Shown here one piece after another: positions 10,101-20,000 of a stretch of 20,000 nt of DNA. The translations under genes and the position numbers were made by a program. The first letter of the stretch is position 1. Every line of letters begins with the position of its first letter. The stretch is from Spizellomyces punctatus DAOM BR117 (taxonomy: Eukaryota). Under the pieces are notes generated by a model. It ran no database searches. It was not told where the DNA came from and saw nothing but the letters and a program-made list of their open reading frames with translations. The DNA is taken from the NCBI GenBank assembly GCA_000182565.2, contig KQ257454.1; one strand, written 5' to 3'.

Positions 10101-11922
10101 AGCGCTGTAAGCCTTTATTGCCGTTCACGGATCCGTCTGCCCACCACACCTTTTCAACCCGCCTCTCATTAACGAAGGCTTTCCATTCTGCAAAGGTCAG
10201 CCGTTTCAAACGCCACCGAAAGTGTTCGACACCCGCTTTAACCTCTTCAAGTTCGCGTAGCCGCACATGGGCTGCGTTTAATGTGCGCCAACGATGCCAC
10301 GCACTTCGCAATACCTATTGTGACGCAGGTTAATGGACAATGTCCAAGGCATCAAGTCCGTCTATTTCAACGGCCCAGCTACCCACACAACACCTTACGG
10401 CAATACTGCATGTCTGCACCCTCACTCAGTCGCGGTAGAGCTTTCAAACATCTGAGGCTTCGACGCTAGGTGGATCGGGAATTTCTGTCACAACAGACAG
10501 TAGACAAGAATGCGACGGCATTTCGGCATACCTTTAGCAGGGAATCATAGAACTTTTGCGCCTTTTGCATCGAGAGACGCTGTTCTGCCGCCACCGATTG
10601 GTCTGCAAATACACCACATGCCTGTTAGAAGGCCCACGTACGAACTCACGGCCCCCTTTGACTGCCTACATGTCTGCCAGCCATGGAAGATAACTCGCAG
10701 CATTTTTTCTCGATGGTGGTGCCGAGCAACGTTTTCCAATTCGACCATAGCAAGTCTATGGTAATACTTTAGGTGCCAGAGATGCAGTGCGGATCGCGCC
10801 AGGTGGCGGTTGCTGAAGACTATTGCTCGTTCTGTGCACACAAGAATCAATGAGATGTGTTTCTGTACGCTGTCCAGTTGAACGACACGCACCAATTTCA
10901 CTTTTTCGCATATCCTTCATCTCGATGGCGCTGATCCACCGCTGCATGACGACGCGTAACAGTGTTCGTTGATTGAACTTCAGGGCGAACGCTGCCCTTC
11001 GCGCGGTTTCTCGTCTTGTTGCATAAAGTCTAATCCATTTGCTCATCCATTTTCGAGTAACATTCAACTTCCAAAGAACGTCCGCCGATTGCATTGTGGC
11101 CTTTTTCTGATTGTTGATGTTGTGTTTTTGACGCCAATCCTTCCAAGCCTGCTCCATCTTCTTGTTCGCGTAATGCTTCGTTGCATCCGAATAGCGCAAG
11201 CTTAGCGCATGTTGTAGTTCTCGCTGTTGTCGCCACGTACGAAGCGCCTGGCGCAGCCGAAGGTGGTGACCTGTGGAATAGATACTCGTTAGACGGCAGT
11301 TTAAGCCGCAGATCATGACGAATGTAGCAGTAGGTTGCCCACCAAGAATCGCAGCTTGATCTTTGACAGTGCGATCACCAGTGCGGGTTCTTATGTACGA
11401 CCTCCAACCCCGCCAAGCTCGCAAACTCAGGATATATTTCCAGTGAACATCAGCTTTAACATGATTTCTCCAATCAATGCGTGCCCTCGCAAATGCTTGC
11501 CGCCACCGCCGCAAGGTGGACATCAGTAGAGTGTGGATATAATGACTTTCTGCAAGCTTGCGGTTGCGTCTCCTTCTCACTAGCATTTTCCACTGTTTGA
11601 CGGAGCGCACCGCGAGAGCAAGATCGCGCTCATTCAACATTAGGCCTTCACTTGTCAATTGTTCCAACGGTATCTGTGCAGGGTCGCGATGGGATGCAAC
11701 TGGGAGTCGTGAGGCAGTCTTTGACACGCCCTTCGGACGCTCGTTCGCACGAAATTTCGTTCCTTTCTCGTCTGCATGCCCATCACGAGTAATAGTGGTT
11801 TGAGTCCAGAGGTTGCGTCCCGTCAAACCTTTGTTAAGCAGGCGACCCAGTCCCAAGTGATGCCCAGCTGTGCCGACGGTGTTGCCTTTGAGTTCGTGGC
11901 CGCTGTGGGCCATCATAGTCAT
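7115..11922 (-). CDS. SFI1: Sfi1-like centrin-binding repeat protein (centriole/spindle pole body); multi-exon
   Basis: A chain of minus-strand exons separated by short GT-AG introns (e.g. 11342-11271, 10892-10832, donor at 10669). It encodes basic, Trp-containing helical repeats (TLRRWRQAF, AWRGWRSYI, ALRTWRQ, AWKDWRQ, VMQRWISAI, IFHGWQTY, AWHRWRTL, TFAEWKAF, SMRTWRER, TFHAWIEYV) typical of Sfi1 repeats, then a Pro/Ser-rich region and a C-terminal coiled coil ending at the TGA at 7115. Not all internal exon boundaries were resolved. Confidence 0.8.
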
Positions 11923-12127
11923 CCAAATTGCCTTGAAAAAGCGTCCAGGAAAAGCGCGTCGCTTCCCTCCTAGGTGCTTCGGTTCAGCTCGCGGTTTCCT
12001 TCGTTACTTCACTGGGTCCATTGACTCCAGCGAGTTAAGCTCTAGACCGGTTCTTGGCAGGGTGGATGATGCTTGGTGGGCCGCAGTAAAAAATCGCCCC
12101 TCTTTCCCTCAGACGATCTACAACGAA

Positions 12128-12370
12128 ATGTCCCCACAGCCACGACCACAATCTCACACATCCGGCGCGGACGAGGGCGATGACGACGACTACACCAAGC
12201 GCATAAAGAACTCTGGCTGTTTTCGGGAACACGAAGCTCTTCAGGACTGTCACTTTAACAAGAAAGATTGGCGCGCCTGTAAAGCAGAGATGCTAGCTTT
12301 TCGAAAGTGCTATGAGAGGCACCGGAAGCAACAATTGGACGAGGGGAAGGGGAGTACTGGCTGGGGTTGA
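12128..12370 (+). CDS. COA4: Cytochrome c oxidase assembly factor 4 (twin Cx9C mitochondrial IMS protein), 80 aa
   Basis: ATG at 12128 (ACGAAATGT). DDYTKRIKNSGC-x9-C..KDWRAC-x9-C matches the Coa4/CHCHD8 pattern. The upstream GTG-start extension in the ORF track overlaps the SFI1 start and promoter and is not supported. Confidence 0.88.
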   Translation: MSPQPRPQSHTSGADEGDDDDYTKRIKNSGCFREHEALQDCHFNKKDWRACKAEMLAFRKCYERHRKQQLDEGKGSTGWG

Positions 12371-12626
12371 TCAAAATCTGTAATCTATATCGCTTCGTGT
12401 ATATGTCTGTGCTGCGATTTCCTGATACTGATCGAATGGACGACAATTAAGATAAAAATTCGCTAAAATAACTTGCACAAAGAAATCCTCCTAGATTTTC
12501 GCCCTCTCTAGGTTCCCAGCTAACCCAGTAACAGCAACGATATATCCACAGGATCATCAAACGCCATATCCAGGCCCACCATCTCGTAGCTCGACTACGA
12601 CACACGTGCGCGCAGAGTCTTTCCTG

Positions 12627-13344
12627 CTAAAGCAGCGTACAGCAGCGGCAAACGCCGCCTTCTTCAGCTGCCTGCCTTGGTTTTTCGCCCGCTAGTTTGA
12701 TGCAAAAAAAGGTGCGTTAACATGGGAGTATGACATCCATCCCATCAGCAGTGATTGACCAGTACGTACAATTATCTTCCGTTTGAGGAGTTGGCTTGAC
12801 CAGAAGGTGGACAGTAGTCGTTTGGCCTGGCTGAATTTTATATTCTGGGTTTACATTGAGAGGACAGGGTCTGAGCGACATGGCGTTTTGTGCTACAGTT
12901 GCAGTTGCTCACCCACCAGCTAGCGTCTTGGGCTCTTCCAAAAATCGCCCATGATGCAAAATCCGCAAGTTTTCAGGTGCCTCAGGTGTCTCGCTAGCCC
13001 ACTCTGTAGGATGGAATATGCATTCAGAATCATGAGATTGGACGCTTAAACACCGATGCACGGCATAACATCGCGAAACCAAGCTCCAGTCCAATGTCCT
13101 GTGCTTTTCTTTCAGCTTTTCTTTCCTCCGACGTACCTCTAGGCCACACGGCATATATTTTTCTCTTGACGACTTGAACCGTGTCATTTGGCTCCAAAAA
13201 AACGTCCGTCCTCTGCCCCGATATCATCAGGAAGCGCAGGTTCACCTTGTCGTCTGGAACTTTGTCATTTACAACAAGGGTGTGAGGTGGCGCCTTTTCG
13301 CCCTCGCTGACCGTATTGGTCGCTGATTCTGGTGCATCCACCAT
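12627..13344 (-). CDS. UBL3: Membrane-anchored ubiquitin-fold protein (UBL3/MUB family) with C-terminal CaaX
   Basis: Exons 13344-13137, 13003-12917, 12844-12770, 12691-12627. Spliced product: ...KVNLRFLMISGQRTDVFLEPNDTVQVVKRKIYAVWPREWASETPEAPENLRILHHGRFLEEPKTLAEYKIQPGQTTTVHLLVKP...GGVCRCCTLL*. This is a ubiquitin-like fold with the WPxxW motif and a CCTLL prenylation signal. Confidence 0.9.
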
Positions 13345-14465
13345 ATTTATCGGTATATCGAAAATTCAAAGTGGGGTGGCAGATGCAAAGCTATATACGA
13401 TTGCTGAAATAGGGCGCTCAGCCCGTGACAATATGCAATTTGCTGAAAAAAAAATGTACAGACGTTTGTTAGCTAAAGGTAGTCGGGTATGATTCACGAA
13501 AGATTTTGCAAACGCCTCTAGCGAAGCCCGGCAATAGTCCTCAAGCGCTACGGGCACGAAAATCTCGAACGCGCGTTACGTACACCGCTCAAGACTTTCC
13601 AGCGTATGCTTCACAAGGATTACTCCGCTTCGTTACGCACAGAGTGCTCTCAGGAGGCTAGGCGTCCAACCAACCGTCCAGAAACACACCTCCAAAGTCA
13701 AAGGGCAATGCGTCGCGGTGACTCACAGGAAGACTCCGCCGACTTCAGCCCAGGAGTACCCTAGACTTGCGACCGATGCAAGTACGTGCGCCAGCGTTAA
13801 AGGAATCGGGATCTCTCGCAGGACAAGGTTAAATCAGACGGCTGTGGAGGATGCGGGGGGCGGCTAACGCTAGCGATAGTGGCACTTGCGATACTCGTTT
13901 GCAATGATTACGATACCCACGCCGCCTGGTTCGGAACATGTGACATTTGTCACACAAGCTGTCAGCAGGGCTTCTTGTTGCCGTGTGTTTGTTTTTAAAA
14001 TGTTTGGGGGAATGTTTTTAAACTCTAAACAAGGACTGTACAGGAATGCCAAGTGTCAATAAGCTTTGAATATGGACGCCCCCGTTACTCCTGGTCTGGA
14101 AGCGACTCTAAAGAAGGTAATTCGTGTGCATCCGACGCGATAGGGATTCCAACTTATTTGGGCTCAAGGGTGATGGAGATTGGTCGCTTTGCAGCGTGAA
14201 CATGTAGCTTCGACCAATGTCGGCCGATATGTGATGGAGGCCTGACAGAATATGAACATTGGGCTGTTGCAATGTCAAGCCAGTCCTGCTTGTTCCAAGA
14301 AGGTGATAATGCATGGAGCGATCGCTCAGATGCTGATGAGAGCATGCGCCACGGCTTAGCGACTGGCTGCGCCCATTCTCATTGAACGTCCAACTCATTC
14401 AACAGTTGTGCTCGGTTTGGCGAGATCACACATTCCACTTCAATTTTCCAGAACTCCTCCTTGCC

Positions 14466-16054
14466 ATGCGCAACATTTCCATTCTGGCGGGCTCGAGTCA
14501 CCCGCAGTTGGCACAGGACATATGTCAGCGACTAGGCATCCCGCAAGGAAGGGCGACATTGTCAAAATTTTCAAACAAGGAGACGAATGTGGAGGTCGGA
14601 GAGTCCGTCCGAGAACAAGATGTATATATCATCCAATCTGGCTGCGGAAATGTGAACGATAACTTTGTCGAAATGCTGATCATGATTGCTGCCTGCAAGA
14701 CCGCCAGTGCAAAGTACGTTATGCAAATCCCAATTGTTCATAACGCCTTCCATATTATCCAGACTTTGTAAGACGCTTACTCATGTAAATGTGTAGGAAA
14801 GTCACCGCTGTCATTCCATGCTTTCCATATGCCCGTCAACCGGAAACGCCGTATAAGAGGAATAGTGTGCCTTCGTCTCGTGTGGCAAAGCGTGATGATG
14901 ACAAGTTTGGCACAATGTATGACGGTCAATTGCAGTCACCTATAAAACCTTCATCGCTCCCTAGCCCTCCACCAAACTCTGACTCGTCCACTGCCAACTC
15001 TACCGACACCCCGCCCCAGCCAGAGATCTTTGAGAAATCCATGAGCAGCTTATCATTCCCAGATGAGGACGATACACCACTTCCCGCGCCGAAGCTCAGG
15101 CATCTTCGCACCGAATCTACCCTGTCTCTTGACGGTGGAGGTCGTGTGTCGAGTATTAGTCGCTCGCACTCCAATGTCGCTGTGCATCCGCTTGCCCCAC
15201 AACCGCCGGCTGACCGACCTCTTCAGACCGGGACTTGTACACCTGGACCTGGATCGGGTAATGGAGGTTACAAACACTGGACAGCGAGGAGCGGTACACT
15301 GATAGCAAACATGCTGATGGCAGCTGGTAAGTCCATGTAAGCCATGGCACCTTTCATGTGCGTCAACTTAAGGTGCCACGCTCGACCTGCCAAAGGCGCG
15401 GATCACATTATTACTATGGACCTCCACGATCCTCAATTTCAAGGATTTTTTGACATTCCTGTGGATAACCTATACGGCCAGCCCTTGATGATAAAGTATA
15501 TCAAGGAGAAAATACCAGATTTTCAGAACGCCGTTATTGTGTCTCCTGATGCAGGTGGTGCGAAGAGGTATGTCATTTTCTCGCTCGTCATCTCCGAAAG
15601 GTAATCATGGCACTAATCTGTTGATTCAAGGGCCACGGTCATTGCCGACAAGCTCAACGTGGATTTTGCATTGATTCACAAAGAGCGGCGGGTGGCTGCT
15701 GGCTCGGAATTGATCCTGGTTGGAGATGTCAAGGATAGGGTGTGCATATTGGTTGATGATATTGCTGATACATCATTTACAATTACGCGGGCTGCCACGT
15801 TATTGACGAAGAGTGGGGCTACCAAGATCTATGCGCTAATTACTCATGGAATCCTCAGCGGGAATGCCCTCGAACGGATCAAGAACTCGACCATTGACGA
15901 GGTGGTGGTGAGCAACAGCGTTCCCCAGCAGGATCATCTGGCACATTGTGACAAGATCAAAGTGTTTGACATTGCTGGAGTGTTTGCGGAAGCCATCAGG
16001 CGGATACACAATGGGGAGAGCGTCAGTTTCTTGTTCGAACAAACGCCATATTGA
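14466..16054 (+). CDS. PRS5: Ribose-phosphate pyrophosphokinase (PRPP synthetase), fungal PRS5-like with long low-complexity insertion
   Basis: Exons 14466-14713, 14797-15326, 15396-15567, 15631-16054. Motifs: [83 protein letters not shown] and [13 protein letters not shown]. The ~140-aa S/P-rich insert after PYARQ suggests the PRS5 subtype (subtype less certain than family). Confidence 0.93.
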
Positions 16055-16166
16055 GCTGGGTTGATAATACTTGCACATTCTGGGATGCAACTCATCATTT
16101 TTCCAGTAAATTAAATAAAATGCATGAAAATTGCAAAAACTTTTGTTCGATAGATTTGCAAACAAT

Positions 16167-16843
16167 CTACTTCTTCTTTCCTTTCTTTTTGCCACCTCCT
16201 GAACCACTTCCACTCTCCTTCGCAGCGTCTTTCGCCAACTCTTGAATTGTCTTGGACACCTCACTTCGGCTTGCAGCGGCCATAGCCACGATCCTCGGAT
16301 CTTCCTTCTTCATTCTCTCCTCCACCTCAGCATACATCTTTGCAATCTCTCTCAGCAATCCCAGTTTGCTGGTAACGTTCGGATTCAGTGGCTTTTTGGT
16401 GGCCGAGTGCTTTATCTGCACTTTAATTCGACCAAATACGAGAGGATCGGCGGGATGTCGCTTCTCGGGGTCGAGAACAGCGGGGAGGTTAAGCAGGCGC
16501 ACGCATTCTGACATGTAAATGGCGGAGGGAGCGGAGGGACAAAGGGTTTTGGCCAGACGACGTTGGGGCTTGGTTGGGTCAAGATATACAGGATACAATG
16601 TCGTCCAACTATTTCCGAGGAAGATACTCCATAAGAATACAGATATATGCCCAATCCCTATATACAAAATATTTCGCAGTATCACCTCTTGGCAGTCTCG
16701 TGGATGGAGGGATCTACAGCGACCATTCGCGGTTGTGATCGAGTTTGAGCAGACCCTGAACCTGATGGACCCGCCTGTTGCTGTGCATTGAGAAGATGGG
16801 CGGGTATGTCAAAGTCCATATTGTCAATGTCGTCTGGGTCCAT
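16167..16843 (-). CDS. SRP19: Signal recognition particle subunit SRP19/Sec65
   Basis: Exons 16843-16686 and 16608-16167. The acidic N-terminus MDPDDIDNMDFD is typical of fungal Sec65. Also WTTLYPVYLD...RRLAK, PEKRHPADP..GRIKVQI and a basic C-terminus GGGKKKGKKK. Confidence 0.9.
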
Positions 16844-17047
16844 TTTTGGCCGTGTTTCTGGTGATAGCGCTGCAACATTCAGTGCGCTGGACGAGGCCGT
16901 CAACGGCTGGGGTCACTACCGGTCGAGTCACGTGTGGCATGCTTACTGCCATGGCAACATTGATCCAGTCGCTGACCTGATCAAAATGCAGTCAGTGACA
17001 GTTTCCTCGCTCACCTCACCCGCTTCTAAACAAGAACATCCCACAGA

Positions 17048-17533
17048 ATGATTCCCTGGAGACAAGCCTTACACGCCCATCTTGTCGAAACTCTGGCCAA
17101 TAACCGGCTATTTCAAAAGTTTGCGGTGACTACAGAACAGAAGATATCAGAATTGAGTGGCAAAGGTACTTGGAGAGGAAAGCCATGACGAGACAAGCTA
17201 CGCTGGTGTTAACTCTCGCTGTGACACTGAAGGTGCCCGAAGGGCGCAAGAGTTTCAAAGTGAGCTCTCGAATCCGGAAACGATGTATGAGACAAAGGAA
17301 AAGATGATGACGGTACGTGCGCTAGCATCTGTTCAACTTGGCTGTTCGTACAGGTGCACTCGATGTTTGTACTGACCTGGTTGTTCGATCTTGCCGCTTC
17401 AATAGTTCATGGAAGAGTTTAAAAAGGTACGGAGATATCATTTTGTGCGATGCTGGTTACGGACAGCCAGCTGACAATGTTTTGGCAGGAATTGAAAGAG
17501 GGAGCGGAGCGGACTTTTGGTGGTAAACGATGA
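17048..17533 (+). CDS. Small conserved 87-aa protein, four exons; resembles the MRX7 / NCBP2-AS2 / plant LANS..FQRFAV microprotein group
   Basis: Exons 17048-17165, 17233-17312, 17406-17426 and 17489-17533 have GT-AG boundaries; introns 2 and 3 have CTGAC branch sites. They join in frame (264 nt) to give MIPWRQALHAHLVETLANNRLFQKFAVTTEQKISELSGKGARRAQEFQSELSNPETMYETKEKMMTFMEEFKKELKEGAERTFGGKR*. Confidence 0.75.
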
Positions 17534-18185
17534 CGGGTGGTGGAATTCTGTGCATGATGCTGTTATGGCGTTGGATATTTGCGTTCCCCGATTTGGCGTA
17601 TATGAAGTGTGCTTTTTTGTTTTGAATTCATGATCGTATAGGTTAGTTTGTAATTTAATTATATGATGCTTATTTCTCCTTATACCGGCATTGGCAAAAC
17701 CGCTCGATAAGGACATTGGTCATCATGATATTCGTGATGGTGGTGATGGTACTTCACTAGGTTCCGAGCTGTAAGTACGGAACGTAGGACTCAATAATCC
17801 TGGACACTACTGAATGGGCTGCTATGTCAATCTCCATCCTCCTGTATCTATTGCAGACCAACTGCAAGCAATGGTTAATGGTACTTGTCTTTTAAGTCCT
17901 ACCACCATATGCGTGTAAAGCTGCAGCGTTTTGTATTGAAGGGAGCAACGCCAATCCGATAATTGGCTATTTCGGTTGGAATCGCGACTTTTTCTGGATG
18001 CAAGATCGCGGTCCAAGCCATGTTGGCCGACGAGAACATTGACCTCACCAAAGGTAAAATCCATTTGCAAGTGCCTTTACTCCGCGCTGCACTGCAATAG
18101 CCCTACACCCAAGCGACGTTACTATTTGAACCTCGTCAAGTTTTCACTTGTTCCTCCCGTTCGTGGCCCGTAAACGAAATCACCA

Positions 18186-18619
18186 ATGTCGGCCCCTGCC
18201 TCCCGCCAAAGATGGCTCGTGCCCATCCAACCCCTCTTTCCGTTGATGATTATCGGCGTCCTCGGTGTGACAATGAGGTGGGGTGTCAAGAAATACCAAG
18301 AGTATGAGAACTGGGGAAAGGTGCGTTACAACGTCGGAGCATGCCGAGCCGTTGTCCGACGCTTTTGCTTACCTGTACTTTTTTTTTTTTGCTCGACACA
18401 GCCGAAGCGCTGGAGCGTGGACAGATGGGACAGGCGGATGATGGAGCGGGACAGCCGGCTGACTGGAAATGTTAACTTCCAGCGGGTATGTATCGGTACC
18501 CCTTTTTTAATTCTTTTTTTCGGATGCTCACCTTCCTACTGGGGAGCTAGGCTGAGGTGGAGGCGCCGAAAGAGTTTCTGACCAACAGTGCTTGGGAGGT
18601 TGAGCGTCCTTTCATGTAA
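18186..18619 (+). CDS. NDUFA1: NADH:ubiquinone oxidoreductase accessory subunit NDUFA1 (MWFE/NIMM), 95 aa
   Basis: Exons 18186-18320, 18402-18485, 18551-18619. One N-terminal TM segment, then ENWGKPKRWSVDRWDRRMMERDSRLTG..QRAEVEAPKEFLTNSAWEVER, matching the fungal NDUFA1 pattern. Confidence 0.88.
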
Positions 18620-18877
18620 ACCACGTCGCTGGGGCTCTCGGAAAGAAAGTTTGTATGATACCGTTTGCGACAGTCCTGGACAAATAGATTTCCTGATAGA
18701 AGGACCATTCCTTGCTTCGGGTGACATGTCTCGATTTAAATTCGGCCATTGCACGGTTTCTTTGCAATGGCAAACTTTTGGACAAAGCAGTCAGGGGAAC
18801 AGTCTCTGTTTTAAGAGTCTAACAAAGAAAAGAGACACTAATTACAGCACAAATAAATAATTACAGATCGTAATGCT

Positions 18878-19783
18878 CTAGCGATGCTTTACCCAAACTT
18901 TGTAGGTGCCCAATAACGCCGCGAGAAAACCGGATACTGCCTGCCATCCGTCGCTAATACCTTTGTCTCCCAAGTGGAAGACATCTATGGTGCAGAAAAC
19001 AAAGTCTGCCATAAGTTTGGCAAACGACACTTTCTGCATATATAACTTGCTTTCCAGCTCTTTCCTCTTGGACTCATCATCGGCGCGACATGCCACTAGC
19101 TTTCGCCGTATTGCCGCTGTGCCGTGCACATTCTCGTGAGCGTCGATGAATATACTAACATACCAGAGTCGATCTGCAAGGATTGTTGCGCGGTTGTACA
19201 GTGGTTTGTCCACGATGCCCATCTTTCCAGCGACTACCAAATCATCTGCCCACCCATTCACGATCCCGACAATAGCGTTGAAAACCGCCAGGAACTGCCT
19301 TAGCTTCTCCGTTGGCGTCACGGCTGATGACATCCCAAAATGCCGTTCTTTCGCCAGCTCTACAAATTCATCTAAGGAATTCAACCAGTAAAATAGCCGA
19401 ATGACTTTGCGGGTCATCGAAAACTGTGAGACGGTTTTATTGGCATGCGAATGGAGGGTGGGATGCCGTTTGGCGTCCAATATGTGAAGCCACATTGCAG
19501 TCTTGAGTCCGTATTGGATGACCTTCATCACCTTGTCCCGACCATCCGTGAGAAGAAGAACTCGTCTCAATATGAGGACCTGAACAAGGGGATTTATGCG
19601 GATGGATCGTGGTAAGCTTTTGCGGATCGAGTTTGAAGATGCTGAAGGTGCTTTTGAATTCGAGTCTTTTAGGGGATTTTGGAGCATAGAAGCGGCCTTC
19701 AATCTCTGTACTAGTTCTGCCGGCGGGGCCTGTACCACCGGTACGTGGTTCCCATTGGCATTATATCCTGCATTAACGCTCAT
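18878..19783 (-). CDS. PEX11: Peroxisomal biogenesis factor 11 (PEX11 family); start uncertain
   Basis: TDGRDKVMKVIQY, SQFSMTRKVIRLF, ADDL..GKMG, ADRLWYVSI, KLMADFVFC and SGFLAALLGTYKVW are PEX11 hallmarks. The first in-frame ATG is at 19783. The frame stays open to 19918 (GTG), so an upstream exon is possible. Confidence 0.85.
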   Translation of the reverse strand: MSVNAGYNANGNHVPVVQAPPAELVQRLKAASMLQNPLKDSNSKAPSASSNSIRKSLPRSIRINPLVQVLILRRVLLLTDGRDKVMKVIQYGLKTAMWLHILDAKRHPTLHSHANKTVSQFSMTRKVIRLFYWLNSLDEFVELAKERHFGMSSAVTPTEKLRQFLAVFNAIVGIVNGWADDLVVAGKMGIVDKPLYNRATILADRLWYVSIFIDAHENVHGTAAIRRKLVACRADDESKRKELESKLYMQKVSFAKLMADFVFCTIDVFHLGDKGISDGWQAVSGFLAALLGTYKVWVKHR

Positions 19784-20000
19784 CCTTGGAGAAATCGACG
19801 TAGGTGTTGTTGGGGCGCTCAAAACAGACCGAAGGTCAAAATCATAACCTCGGTTGCCGGCTATAAGTCCGAGTATATGGCGCGTCCCAGAGTATAGGGC
19901 AGTATTTGAGTCCCCCACAAGTCAGTTCAAGAATCAGATCAAGATACTCCTCCACCGGACCCTTCACTGAGCCGGCAGAAGGGTTAACAACGGATGCGAC

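Noticed and set aside
11870-12127. N-terminal extension of COA4 in the 166-aa ORF
   Set aside because: It starts at GTG, overlaps the SFI1 start and shared promoter, and Coa4 similarity begins only after the ATG at 12128.
13939-13954. Inverted repeat TGTGACA-TT-TGTCACA in the UBL3/PRS intergenic region
   Set aside because: A single 7-bp stem with no second copy, target-site duplication or transposase nearby. It could be a TF site but is not distinguishable from chance.
14220-14350. Possible TPP riboswitch or structured RNA upstream of the PRS gene (GATAATGC motif)
   Set aside because: The other conserved aptamer elements (CUGAGA and ACCUGAU in the correct order and pairing) are absent.
1-16054. 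Apparent nucleotide/RNA-metabolism cluster (TOE1, cmk, PUS10, PRPP synthetase)
   Set aside because: The genes act in unrelated pathways and are interspersed with unrelated housekeeping genes. There is no evidence of a functional cluster without synteny data.
17303-17376. Possible C/D snoRNA (ATGATGA…CTGA)
   Set aside because: The box C-like motif is coding sequence (Met-Met-Thr) in a microprotein exon and the CTGAC is the intron branch point.
17534-18185. ORFs and a possible GTAAGT…TTGCAG intron (17771-17856) in the intergenic region before NDUFA1
   Set aside because: I could not assemble a coherent spliced ORF or recognise a motif. It may be UTR or non-coding transcript but is unsupported.
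1-20000. Prokaryotic systems (operons, CRISPR arrays, IS elements, defence islands)
   Set aside because: Spliceosomal introns and eukaryote-specific genes occur throughout, and I saw no repeat-spacer arrays or transposase motifs.

Overview
Gene-dense eukaryotic nuclear DNA, almost certainly fungal. Short 55-135 nt GT-AG introns with GTRHGT donors and CTRAC branch points, plus the gene content (PUS10, TOE1, UBL3/MUB, SFI1), suggest an early-diverging, chytrid-like fungus (inference). I can support 12 protein-coding genes, mostly hand-spliced: TOE1/Caf1z (5'-partial), a bacterial-type cytidylate kinase (Cmk), PUS10, a protoglobin-like globin with a hydrophobic C-terminal tail, SFI1-like centrin-binding protein, COA4, UBL3/MUB, a PRS5-like PRPP synthetase, SRP19/SEC65, an 87-aa four-exon microprotein absent from the ORF track, complex I subunit NDUFA1, and PEX11. 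I saw no tRNA, rRNA, transposon or CRISPR features. The most unusual items are the bacterial-type Cmk, which has a mitochondrial-presequence-like N-terminus and a UVR-like helical hairpin inserted in the kinase fold, the probable tail-anchored globin, and the hidden microprotein gene. Family assignments come from motif recognition, not database searches.
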